DNA of 63,582 nt, filler included, from Octopus bimaculoides (taxonomy: Eukaryota): NCBI RefSeq assembly GCF_001194135.2. It is 7 parts of 7 records of this genome, joined end to end, with 100 filler letters (N's around TTAATTAATTAA, not from the genome) between each part and the next. Parts side by side here need not be neighbours in the genome. Positions count along the whole stretch, not along the records: positions 24,948 to 49,242 come from NC_068990.1; positions 49,343 to 56,241 come from NC_069007.1; 5 more parts are not named here. One strand, given 5' to 3'. Position 1 is the stretch's first letter, and each line of letters starts with the position of its first letter. A program made the translations under genes and the position numbers. The notes below the pieces were generated by a model. The model ran no database searches. It saw only the letters and a program-made list of their open reading frames with translations, and was not told the DNA's origin. Positions 41,605-52,749 of this stretch are shown one piece after another.

Positions 41605-41820
41605 AATAATAGTAATAGTGAAAGAGAAGCCTGAAATCTGGGAGTTGGGGGTAAGTCGATTGCATCGACCCGTGTTCAACCGGTCCTTATTTTATCGATC
41701 TGGAAAGGAGGCAAAGTGAATTCGACCTCGGTGAAACTTAAGCTCAAAGGGTAGAGGCCGAAAAAAATGCCGCTAAGCATTTTCTCCATCATGCTAACGA
41801 CTCTGCCAGCTCACCGCCTT
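41605..41820 (-). mobile_element. SINE family A
   Basis: Ends CTCTGCCAGCTCACCGCCTT, the reverse complement of the head. Body colinear. Confidence 0.9.
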
Positions 41821-41821
41821 T

Positions 41822-42043
41822 AATACTCCTTTCTATTTTAGGCACAAGGCCTGAAATTTGGGGAGACGACTAGCCGCTTACACCGATCTCCGTGATCAAC
41901 TGGTACTTTTTCCATCGACCCCGAAAGGATTGAAGACAAAGTCGACCTCGGCAAAATTTGAACTCCGAACATGAAGGTCAAAGAAGTATCTATCGCTAAG
42001 CATTTTGGTTGGCGTGTTAACGATTCTGCCAGCTCGCCGTCTT
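41822..42043 (-). mobile_element. SINE family A, tandem with the previous copy
   Basis: Ends TTCTGCCAGCTCGCCGTCTT. Tail TTTCTATTTTAGGCACAAGG. Confidence 0.9.
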
Positions 42044-42059
42044 TGATAAAAATAAAATT

Positions 42060-42060
42060 G

Positions 42061-42128
<68 letters not shown>
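42060..42128. repeat. (AAT)n microsatellite
   Basis: Perfect repeat read directly. Confidence 0.95.
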
Positions 42129-42129
<1 letters not shown>

Positions 42130-43094
42130 TTGGTAAATAAAAAATAAGGAAAAAGAAGCAATAGTGTAGACCTTACCACTTCTTGTTACGGTATTTATTC
42201 AACTACAAAAAGTCTAGCATTTGCTGTTGTTATAGGAATTTGGCAACATTCCATTGCAGTGAAACCAAAAGAAATTGACGATACATGATCAACGTTTGTG
42301 CTAAGATGTTTACAACAGGTTGTTGTGTGAATTATAGGCTTAGGTTTAATTGACCCTCTCGTAAAGATCAACACAGATCAAAAGACACGATCAGCAGTTA
42401 TCCAACGCAGTTAAACACAATTTCCTATACGCTTGCATACTCACAACAATTGACTATGCATGGTTAAATAAACCATGTGTCGTTACAAAAGATAAAATCT
42501 ACAAATATACACCAAACAACTGGAGGATGAAATTAAAGTATTGAATAGATATTCTATGTAGCAAAGTAAGTGAAATAGGCCACATGACTGTGTATTATAA
42601 ACGTTCGGGAAAACATTTACAAAAAATACCTACAACATGATAATTAAATGCAAGATAAACATTTGAATGCCTAAAACAATAAAAAGTGACTGCTCTACAT
42701 AACAGATCAAAAAGATATAGTGTTAGAGAGAGAGAGAGAAAAAACAGGATATTCTCAAAAAGCAGGCCTTTGAAAATAAACTGCAACAATTCTATACGAA
42801 TATAAGCGGTAATAAAATAGAGGTTGATAGTGACTAAAGAAACATTAGAAACATTTTGGAAACCTATTTTTAAAAAGAAATCTTGAAATATACTTAACAT
42901 GCATGAAACAGTTCTACTAGATGCCTCATAGATATTACGTTGAGTACTTCCAACAAAAAAGAAATCAATGCTTAATGTTTTGTTGCCTGTGTTGCTATTC
43001 TTAAACTCGTAATTTTGAGTGTATTATTTCATTGTTGCTGTAAAGCTTTTCATTACTTTTGTTAATGTTACATTAAAACATTGCACGTACTCAA

Positions 43095-43466
43095 GGTATG
43101 TTGTTGTGCGGGGCAATGAAAGCATGACATTGAACAAAAGTGGTTCCGGGTTCGGTCCCACTGCGTGGCATCTTTGGAGAATATCTTCCACTATAGCCTT
43201 GGGCCGACCAAAGCCTTGTGAGTGGATTTGGTTGACGGAAATTGAAAGACGACTGCCGTGTGTGTGTGTGTGTGTCTTTGTGTGAGTGATTCTTCCAACC
43301 ACCACCTGACAACCGGTGTATGTGTTTGAGGCCCTGTAATAAAGTTTGGCGAAAGAAACCGATAGAATAAATGCCAGACTGGGGTCGATTCGTTCGACTA
43401 AAATTCTTGAAAGTGGTGTCCCAGCATGGCCGCAGTCTAATGACTGAAACGAGTAAAAGATAAGAG
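43095..43466 (+). mobile_element. SINE family B with a decayed head and an internal (TG)n
   Basis: GGTTCCGGGTTCGGTCCCACTGCGTGGCA...GGGCCGACCAAAGCC...CCAGCATGGCCGCAGTC...GACTGAAAC. Confidence 0.9.
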
Positions 43467-43540
43467 GTAACGTGATATGATGAGATCGGCAACTTTTCAA
43501 GCTTTTACTAGTTAAATAATGTTGTTTATTGTTTGTTCTT

Positions 43541-43811
43541 TCTCGAGAGATGCCTGGCTCATGAGGGCCGGTTTCCCGGTTTCATTGGCGTATAGGTTCC
43601 CCACCTGGACGGTACGCCGGTCTATCGCAGGTGAGCTGTTAGATGCAGGAGAAAAGAGTGAGAGAATGTTGTGGCAACAGAGTCAACAGAAGTTCGCCAT
43701 TACCTTCTGCCGGAGCCGCGTGAAGCTTAGGTGTTTCGCCCGGTCTGAGATTCGAACCCGCGATTCTTCGACCTCAAGTCCACTGTTCTAACCACTAGGC
43801 CATGTGCCTCC
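43541..43811 (-). mobile_element. tRNA-derived SINE, family D
   Basis: Reverse complement has A box TGGCCTAGTGG, B box GGTTCGAATC, then CCTGCGATAGACCGGCGTACCGTCCAGG...GAAACCGGCCCTCATGAGCC. Homologous to the 56441 copy. Confidence 0.85.
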
Positions 43812-43832
43812 ACAGTTGAATAACAGAAACGT

Positions 43833-44345
43833 AATATTTATCCCCACTTAACCCATTACCTACCAGTGATCTCATATGAGATCACTTAAAAATTACAAAT
43901 TTCGTAATTATCTGTCAATATTTACACATATCTAACCTTTTTGCTATATCTACTAAGTATATTTCACTGATATTAAAATGAGGTTTGCTAATTTTTCACC
44001 CAATATCTCGCTTATTTCTATTTAAAATGTTATTTTGATAATTCCAGCGTGTTTCTAAGGCTGTTTTATGCTAGAAATCAAAGTTTCATTAAAAAAATTC
44101 CAGTTAATAGAATAATGGGAGGTAATGGGTTAAACGTGAATGTTCTGTGAAAACAAACTTTACTGCAGTAGTTACCATGAGAGAAACTTTCATATGGTCT
44201 TGTTTCATATGGCCTTGTTTCATATGGCGTTTCATATTGCCATATGCATTATTGCACCAAAACCCAATATTAGATTCCTCTCATGGTAACTACTGCAGTA
44301 TAGTTTGTTCCAACAGAACATCCACGTTTAAGCGGGGATAAATAT
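43833..44345. mobile_element. Foldback-like element with ~75-bp inverted arms, left arm interrupted by a piggyBac-like MITE
   Basis: 43833-43851 plus 44134-44188 is the reverse complement of 44272-44345. The loop holds TTTCATATGG(T/C)CTTG tandem units. Confidence 0.75.
43852..44129. mobile_element. piggyBac-like MITE
   Basis: TTAA duplicated at 43848-43851 and 44130-44133. TIRs CCCATTACCTACC and GGGAGGTAATGGG match at 12 of 13 positions. Perfect 22-bp palindrome at 43865-43886. Confidence 0.85.
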
Positions 44346-45028
44346 CTCTCGGAATTAATATTGCTTCTGTCGCTAATAGATATTCTAACAAGCTCACTAG
44401 CTAATCGCGACACCAGTGCCTGTCCTGAAACTGTTTATCTATCTATCTATCTATCTATNNNNNNNNNNNNNNNNNNNNNNNNNNNNNNNNNNNNNNNNNN
44501 NNNNNNNNNNNNNNNNNNNNNNNNNNNNNNNNNNNNNNNNNNNNNNNNNNNNNNNNNNNNNNNNNNNNNNNNNNNNNNNNNNNNNNNNNNNNNNNNNNNN
44601 NNNNNNNNNNNNNNNNNNNNNNNNNNNNNNNNNNNNNNNNNNNNNNNNNNNNNNNNNNNNNNNNNNNNNNNNNNNNNNNNNNNNNNNNNNNNNNNNNNNN
44701 NNNNNNNNNNNNNNNNNNNNNNNNNNNNNNNNNNNNNNNNNNNNNNNNNNNNNNNNNNNNNNNNNNNNNNNNNNNNNNNNNNNNNNNNNNNNNNNNNNNN
44801 NNNNNNNNNNNNNNNNNNNNNNNNNNNNNNNNNNNNNNNNNNNNNNNNNNNNNNNNNNNNNNNNNNNNNNNNNNNNNNNNNNNNNNNNNNNNNNNNNNNN
44901 NNNNNNNNNNNNNNNNNNNNNNNNNNNNNNNNNNNNNNNNNNNNNNNNNNNNNNNNNNNNNNNNNNNNNNNNNNNNNNNNNNNNNNNNNNNNNNNNNNNN
45001 NNNNNNNNNNNNNNNNNNNNATATATAT

Positions 45029-45078
<50 letters not shown>

Positions 45079-45079
45079 G

Positions 45080-45154
<75 letters not shown>

Positions 45155-45320
45155 ATATCTATATATATATATATTGCTGGCGGGGAGATGAGCTAGTGTC
45201 ATATTTAGCGGTCGAATGTCCACCATTGACGACGTCAAGGAAGGTTGAAATCACGTGATGTTGTGGTCACGACGTAGGAGATGGCGAGGTATTTATTTCC
45301 TCGCTAGTAACATAAAGCTA

Positions 45321-45575
45321 ATATGAAAGTTTCTCTCACAGTTACTACTGCAGTATAGTTTCTTCTAAGAAAAGCCAATATGTGAGTTTCTCTCATGATG
45401 ACTATCGCAGTATAGATTGTTCCAACAGAATATCTATGTTTAAGTGGAGATAAATATCACTTCTCGGTATTAATACTGCCTCTCTCTCTCTCTCTTTCTT
45501 TCTCTCTCTCTCTCCATCTCTCTCTCTAATAAATATTAGTTAAATAATACCTTTCGCCCGTTAGAATTCTAACCC
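45321..45575. repeat. Two further, diverged copies of the foldback arm sequence in tandem
   Basis: AGTTTCTCTCA...TACTGCAGTATAG..TGTTCCAACAGAA...TTTAAGTGGAGATAAATAT matches 44272-44345. Confidence 0.8.
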
Positions 45576-46019
45576 GCTTTCCAAATACCTAAACCTACTG
45601 TATATCACCACTAAGCTAGCTCGTAGCAATCCACTGGACAGTGACCTACATGTCTATAAACTAACCACTTGTGTCTCATCTTTAACGACACAAATCAAAT
45701 TAAGAGAACCATAAAAACCTTCAGAAACATTTTATTCTGAGGAAGTTCGATGTCTGTTATTTTAGTTTTTCCGACACTTTTATTTACCAGAGTTTAGTAT
45801 AGAACACGTTTAGTCAATGAAATGTTAACGCGTCAAAACACTACAAGTATACATCAATAAGAGTGTTTTTATCTCGGCAACCATCTCGTTGATATATACG
45901 TATGTCACGTCTCACCTACGTGTAGGTTATCTTATCGAAGGATGACAATTATGCATGTGTCTTTGTGTTTGATTTCACTGCCCCACATACTACTAGTAGG
46001 AGACGACTTGGCTTTGGGC

Positions 46020-46351
46020 AGGTGGCAGCAGTAGCAGCAACAGCTGCAACAGCAGCAGTAGCAGTAGTAGTAGTAGTGGTGGTGGTGGTGGTGATGGTTG
46101 TGCAGGAAATAGTCGTAGTGTTGGTGGTATTGGTGGTGAAGGAGATGGTGGTGGTGGTGGTGGTGGTGGCGGTGGTGATGGTGGTGGTGGTGTTGGTGTT
46201 GGTGGTGATGGATGATTGTAGCGTGAGCGGTGTTTGTGGTGGTGGTGGAAGTAATAGTAGTGTTGATAGTGTTGTTGGTAGTGATGGTGGTGGTGGCGGT
46301 GTTGGTGATCGTGGTAGCTGTCGTCGTTGTCGTTATCATTGTTGTAGTAGC

Positions 46352-46424
<73 letters not shown>

Positions 46425-46522
46425 CCACCCTGCTTGTCGCTNNNNNNNNNNGTAGTAGTAGTAGTAGTAGTAGTAGTAGCAGCAGCAGCAGCAGCAGCAG
46501 CACCACCACCCTGCTTGTCGCT
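46020..46522. repeat. Compound (GCA/GTA/GGT)n low-complexity array
   Basis: Read directly. The end is duplicated across a 10-N gap. Confidence 0.95.
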
Positions 46523-46838
46523 TCGTAGTCCGTGTTTTTGCGAGGATTCAAGGAGGTTGAGAAGAGACAATTCTCAAAAAGAGCAAAACCTGCTGGAGTA
46601 TGTCTACTGATTAACCAGCGGTGATATTATTAGATAATTCAGGTAGGTGGTTTCTGCACTAAATAACGCAGGCAAGAGGTTATAAATTATAAGAAATTTG
46701 CCTTTTAATTAGAGCAAAAGTAATTAAACTAATCAGGATTATTTTTAATCGTTTGGTTATCGATGAGATGCAAGTTTATACTTTCTAAATCATTCGACAC
46801 AAGCTGGAGCCGTTCTGTTTTTCATTTGGCTCTCATAA

Positions 46839-47062
46839 GCGCAGGAGTGGCTGTGTGGTAAGAAGCTTGCTTCGCAACCACATGGTTCCGGGTTCAGTTC
46901 TGCTGCGTGGCACCGAGGGCAAGTGTCTGCTACTATAGCTTCGGGATGACCAAAGCCTTGTAAATGGACTTGGTAGACGAAACTGAAAAAAACACGTTGC
47001 ATATTCATGTATATACATGTATATATATGTGTGTGTGTGTATATACATGTGTATATATATAT

Positions 47063-47094
<32 letters not shown>

Positions 47095-47291
47095 ACATGT
47101 GTGTGTATACATGTGTGTATATATACATGTGTGTGTGTGTCTGTCTGTTTGTTCCCCTATCATCACTTGATAACCGGTGTTTGTATGTTTACGTTCCCGT
47201 AACTTAGCAGTTCGGCAAGTAAAACTGAGAGAATAAGTACTAGGCTTAAAAACAAGTAACGGGGTTGATTCATTCAACTAAAAGTTCAAGG
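46839..47291 (+). mobile_element. SINE family B with an expanded (~150 bp) internal TA/TG tract, tail truncated
   Basis: Intact head GCAGGAGTGGCTGTGTGGTAAGAAGCTTGC. The 3' half resumes at ~47145. Confidence 0.9.
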
Positions 47292-48487
47292 CTTCTGAGT
47301 GGTGGTGTTGGTGGTGGTTACTCAATATTGCCTGTTATACCCGAGGCAAGAGAAAATTAAAAACGAAATTAGTAACGACTGAAACTATAACGAAAACAAC
47401 AACAGTAAGCTCGTAGAATGTAAGCCATTATATATATAAGTTCCAATAAGAGAGATTATTCACTTTTCTCGACACAGTATATTGCTTCTATTTTCAATGC
47501 TGTTCCGGTGGAAATTTCCTTCTTGTATTCTCTTTAAATGCTTAAACAACATTGCAACTAAACCATTCTGACTATTACTTGCATCTTCGCCATGTTCAGA
47601 TAAAGTCAATGTACCGTTATTATCCTGTTTCTTTGTATAAAATTCNNNNNNNNNNNNNNNNNNNNNNNNNNNNNNNNNNNNNNNNNNNNNNNNNNNNNNN
47701 NNNNNNNNNNNNNNNNNNNNNNNNNNNNNNNNNNNNNNNNNNNNNNNNNNNNNNNNNNNNNNNNNNNNNNNNNNNNNNNNNNNNNNNNNNNNNNNNNNNN
47801 NNNNNNNNNNNNNNNNNNNNNNNNNNNNNNNNNNNNNNNNNNNNNNNNNNNNNNNNNNNNNNNNNNNNNNNNNNNNNNNNNNNNNNNNNNNNNNNNNNNN
47901 NNNNNNNNNNNNNNNNNNNNNNNNNNNNNNNNNNNNNNNNNNNNNNNNNNNNNNNNNNNNNNNNNNNNNNNNNNNNNNNNNNNNNNNNNNNNNNNNNNNN
48001 NNNNNNNNNNNNNNNNNNNNNNNNNNNNNNNNNNNNNNNNNNNNNNNNNNNNNNNNNNNNNNNNNNNNNNNNNNNNNNNNNNNNNNNNNNNNNNNNNNNN
48101 NNNNNNNNNNNNNNNNNNNNNNNNNNNNNNNNNNNNNNNNNNNNNNNNNNNNNNNNNNNNNNNNNNNNNNNNNNNNNNNNNNNNNNNNNNNNNNNNNNNN
48201 NNNNNNNNNNNNNNNNNNNNNNNNNNNNNNNNNNNNNNNNNNNNNNNNNNNNNNNNNNNNNNNNNNNNNNNNNNNNNNNNNNNNNNNNNNNNNNNNNNNN
48301 NNNNNNNNNNNNNNNNNNNNNNNNNNNNNNNNNNNNNNNNNNNNNNNNNNNNNNNNNNNNNNNNNNNNNNNNNNNNNNNNNNNNNNNNNNNNNNNNNNNN
48401 NNNNNNNNNNNNNNNNNNNNNNNNNNNNNNNNNNNNNNNNNNNNNNNNNNNNNNNNNNNNNNNNNNNNNNNNNNNNNNNNNTATATA

Positions 48488-48518
<31 letters not shown>

Positions 48519-48734
48519 TCATGTGTGTGTGTTTGTGTGCGTACATGTTTATGCACACACAAATATGTATATGTACAAATATACGTAGGTATATATATGC
48601 ATATACACACACATGTGCATATATTTATATATATGTATGTATACATGTGCATATATGTACATATGTATATATGTGTGTGTGTGTGTATGTATATATGTAT
48701 ATATATATATGTATGCATGTATATATATATATGT

Positions 48735-48814
<80 letters not shown>

Positions 48815-48859
48815 AAAACCATACGTGGTGGGGAGTATGTATGCATATGCCAAATCACA

Positions 48860-49130
48860 CGACACCACGACAAAACAAAGTGAACTACGAAGACACTCAA
48901 GAAAACACCAAATCACATCAGCACCAGTCAACATCAGGACAGATCATACAAAAACGCAACAGGCCACATACACCACGTCATATCACACGACCATATCACA
49001 CACCACACCGAACCGAACCGAACTGAACCGAACGAAATGATACCAGAAGATAAAAGCAAAATGATAGAATAAAATAAAATAAAATAAATATCCAGATCAG
49101 ACCATACAAAACCAGACAAATCAGACAAGT
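48860..49130. repeat. Compound pentanucleotide-period repeat
   Basis: Successive CACAC/CACGA, CGAAC, AAAAT and CAGAC units. Confidence 0.8.
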
Positions 49131-49347
49131 TTTGGCCGGTCTAAACCAGAGTAGTTCATACTGAACAGCGTGAAATGTAGAAAACTTAGAATACTTTAGA
49201 GTAAGCTGTATTCAATGTTAAAAACTGTCGCATAGATAATGGNNNNNNNNNNNNNNNNNNNNNNNNNNNNNNNNNNNNNNNNNNNNTTAATTAATTAANN
49301 NNNNNNNNNNNNNNNNNNNNNNNNNNNNNNNNNNNNNNNNNNATATA

Positions 49348-49378
<31 letters not shown>

Positions 49379-49599
49379 GAAATCGTTAAACGACTATTGA
49401 TGAGAAAATCCTTTTAGTTTCCCAAGTGAAACAATTCCTTTATCACAAATATTATTACAATAAAGAAAATTAATATTACCGTAAATACATCTGGATGAAC
49501 ACGAAGTGTTTCATTTACTTAAACCGTTTGAACTTTCTTATCTCTAAGAACTTTGGAAGGATCATTTTCTAAGGTTGTGTTCTGTTTTATGGTCATGGC

Positions 49600-50075
49600 A
49601 TGTTGTGGAAATGCTAGAGCGGTAGTGTGTTAACTGTTCGAGAATATTCTACAGGAATGGAGACGCCAGCAACCCAAACTGTCCCAAATGCATGCAGGAG
49701 TATGAAATCATCCTGCGCACCGTTCAGTATCCATGTATTTGTGACTTCGTGAGTTTGTGCGGCAAAGGAATCCGGCTGCTCGCTCCTGCGTATAGTGAAA
49801 ATCGGAGCAACACCTTCCTTTGACGTAGAAGGGAGGCAGATATTTCTCTGTTCTCTGATTAGTGACAATAGCGAAAGAAGCTGTGTGGTGGATCCATTTG
49901 AAAGGTTTGAAGATGGGCGCTTAGCCATCTGGTAAAGCTCTCATCAGTTTTTTTTTCAAATATCGGTTGAAGAGAGAGAGAGGTGCCACCTTCATGTGTG
50001 TTTTTCGAAAAGTGGATGACAATAGCAAAACTGGAGAGGTTGAAAGGATCGACATTGAGTATGCTTGTATGCATA
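49600..50075 (+). mobile_element. L1/Tx1-like LINE ORF2 C-terminal fossil
   Basis: With frameshifts: NPNCPKCMQEYEIILRTVQYPCI (zinc-knuckle-like), IVKIGATPSFDVEGRQIFLC, AKEAVWWIHLKGLK...SGKALISFF, KWMTIAK. Confidence 0.6.
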
Positions 50076-50076
50076 C

Positions 50077-50107
<31 letters not shown>

Positions 50108-50824
50108 CAGGTAGATAGATAGATAGACAGACAGACAAACAGATAGACAGACAGACAGATAGATATCTCTTCCACTTTCATATTTGGTCCATCATCTCTC
50201 TCGCAGCTCACACATTCAAACAAAGACTATTACAACCCCACCCAGTACCCCCAGCACCACCACCACCACTATTACTACTACTAGTAGTAGTAGCAGTAGT
50301 AGTTCTTGTATTCAAACCTATTTTTTATGACCCCCAAATTAAACCCCANNNNNNNNNNNNNNNNNNNNNNNNNNNNNNNNNNNNNNNNNNNNNNNNNNNN
50401 NNNNNNNNNNNNNNNNNNNNNNNNNNNNNNNNNNNNNNNNNNNNNNNNNNNNNNNNNNNNNNNNNNNNNNNNNNNNNNNNNNNNNNNNNNNNNNNNNNNN
50501 NNNNNNNNNNNNNNNNNNNNNNNNNNNNNNNNNNNNNNNNNNNNNNNNNNNNNNNNNNNNNNNNNNNNNNNNNNNNNNNNNNNNNNNNNNNNNNNNNNNN
50601 NNNNNNNNNNNNNNNNNNNNNNNNNNNNNNNNNNNNNNNNNNNNNNNNNNNNNNNNNNNNNNNNNNNNNNNNNNNNNNNNNNNNNNNNNNNNNNNNNNNN
50701 NNNNNNNNNNNNNNNNNNNNNNNNNNNNNNNNNNNNNNNNNNNNNNNNNNNNNNNNNNNNNNNNNNNNNNNNNNNNNNNNNNNNNNNNNNNNNNNNNNNN
50801 NNNNNNNNNNNNNNNNNNNNNNNN

Positions 50825-50858
<34 letters not shown>

Positions 50859-51285
50859 ACCGCCACCACCACCATTACTTTTGATTTGTGCCGATAACGT
50901 GTTCAAATCCAGCGTCGGGCGTGTGTGCATGTATGCGTGTGTGTGTATGTGTGCATGTGTGTGTATGTGTGTGTGTGTGAGAGAGAGAGAGAGACAGAGG
51001 AAAAGAAAGAAAAAGGTGAGACATTCGAGAGAGGAATTTGGTTCAATGCCATTATTAAATCGGTGAGGCAATGCCATAGCAGAAGCTTTAGTTTGGACAC
51101 AAGCAGTGGCGCCATCTAGCGTCGTAAAACGAAAGCAAAAACAATTAACTTAAAACATATATGTGTGTGCGCGTATGTGTGGGTGTGTGTGTATGTTTCA
51201 CACGCATGTATATTTAAGTATATATACACACACGGATCGGTATACACACCTTCCGTGAAAATCGTCCAGAATTGACTATACTGAC

Positions 51286-51436
51286 GCAGGCGTGGCTGTG
51301 TGGTAAGAAGTTTGCTTCCAAACCACATGGTTCCGGGTTCAGTCATACTGCGTGGCACTTTGGCCATGTATTTTCTACAATAGCCTCGGGCCTGCCAAAG
51401 TGGATTTGGTAGACGGAAACTGAAAGAAGCCTGTCG
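51286..51436 (+). mobile_element. SINE family B, 5' half ending in (TATC)n(TCGA)n
   Basis: GCAGGCGTGGCTGTGTGGTAAGAAG...GGTAGACGGAAACTGAAAGAAGCCTGTCG. Confidence 0.9.
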
Positions 51437-52120
51437 TATCTATCTATCTATCGATCGATCGATCGATCTGTCTTACCACTTGAAAAGGAGGATGAGGATA
51501 GAGAGGAAAGTGTTGTCGAATGAAAGTTTCAATAAAAATGGGTAAATGTGGCAAGAATGGTAAGAATGAAAGACGACACCATTTTAAGCATAGACTTGTA
51601 ACAAAAAGAGACAAAAAGAGAGAAGGTACTTACTTTCATGTACCTTTGAAAAAAAAGCCTGAGGTGACCGTGGTCTTTTCCGTAGGCTTTTCTCTCCACG
51701 GATAAACCTAATCTGTTCCCCGTTTTTTACATTGACTGTGATACACGATCCCTATTNNNNNNNNNNNNNNNNNNNNNNNNNNNNNNNNNNNNNNNNNNNN
51801 NNNNNNNNNNNNNNNNNNNNNNNNNNNNNNNNNNNNNNNNNNNNNNNNNNNNNNNNNNNNNNNNNNNNNNNNNNNNNNNNNNNNNNNNNNNNNNNNNNNN
51901 NNNNNNNNNNNNNNNNNNNNNNNNNNNNNNNNNNNNNNNNNNNNNNNNNNNNNNNNNNNNNNNNNNNNNNNNNNNNNNNNNNNNNNNNNNNNNNNNNNNN
52001 NNNNNNNNNNNNAAAGCTCTACTTTGTAATTTGTCCATTTTCTGTATTTAGCCCTGTGTGGCTATAATAAAAAGATATCTGTCTATCTATCTATCTATCT
52101 AATCTATCTATCTATCTATC

Positions 52121-52435
52121 TGTGGGGAGCGGTCGAAAAAGATACCAGCCGTTCTGCCTGCAACACCAAAGCCAAACTAGCAGCCAACATCAACGATGTG
52201 TTCGAAGATCTTTCGAGAAACATAGTAAGAAACACAAGCGCCAGTTTCCAGAGCTGTTTTGAGGCCGTGGCGGAAGTCGAAAGCAGCTACTTTGAGTAAA
52301 CTTGATATCTCCCAGCCATAATCAAGTTGATATTTTGTTGACTTTTTTTTTTTAATTACATTTCTTTTTCGGGTGGGATATTGTTTTCTTTCCCTTTTAT
52401 TATGCAAACCGTCAAATTTAGTCCCGAACACCCTG
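52121..52435 (+). mobile_element. Tc1/mariner (maT/DD37D-like) transposase C-terminus with right end
   Basis: WGAVEKDTSRSACNTKAKLAANINDVFEDLSRNIVRN..., then a frameshift to EAVAEVESSYFE* (stop 52297-52299). Ends GAACACCCTG followed by TA. Confidence 0.8.
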
Positions 52436-52506
52436 TATATATAATGTTATATATGTATATATAAGTATACACACGCCCACACATTTATACACAAACACAC
52501 ACTCGT

Positions 52507-52538
<32 letters not shown>

Positions 52539-52621
52539 GGAAAGAGAGTGAGAAACAGAGAGAAATACACACGTGTGCGTGTATACATTTGTGTGTGTAT
52601 GCACGTCTATGTATATGCGTC

Positions 52622-52657
<36 letters not shown>

Positions 52658-52749
52658 CGGCGTGATTAGTTCTGGCGCTGATAAAACGAAACCTTTTAGA
52701 GAGCGTCTCTTCTTGATTGACAACGCATTCAAGTTCCGTAATTGAACTT

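Noticed and set aside
45932-46610. His/Thr/Val-rich ORFs of 126-212 aa
   Set aside because: Products of a compound trinucleotide array that includes an assembly duplication.
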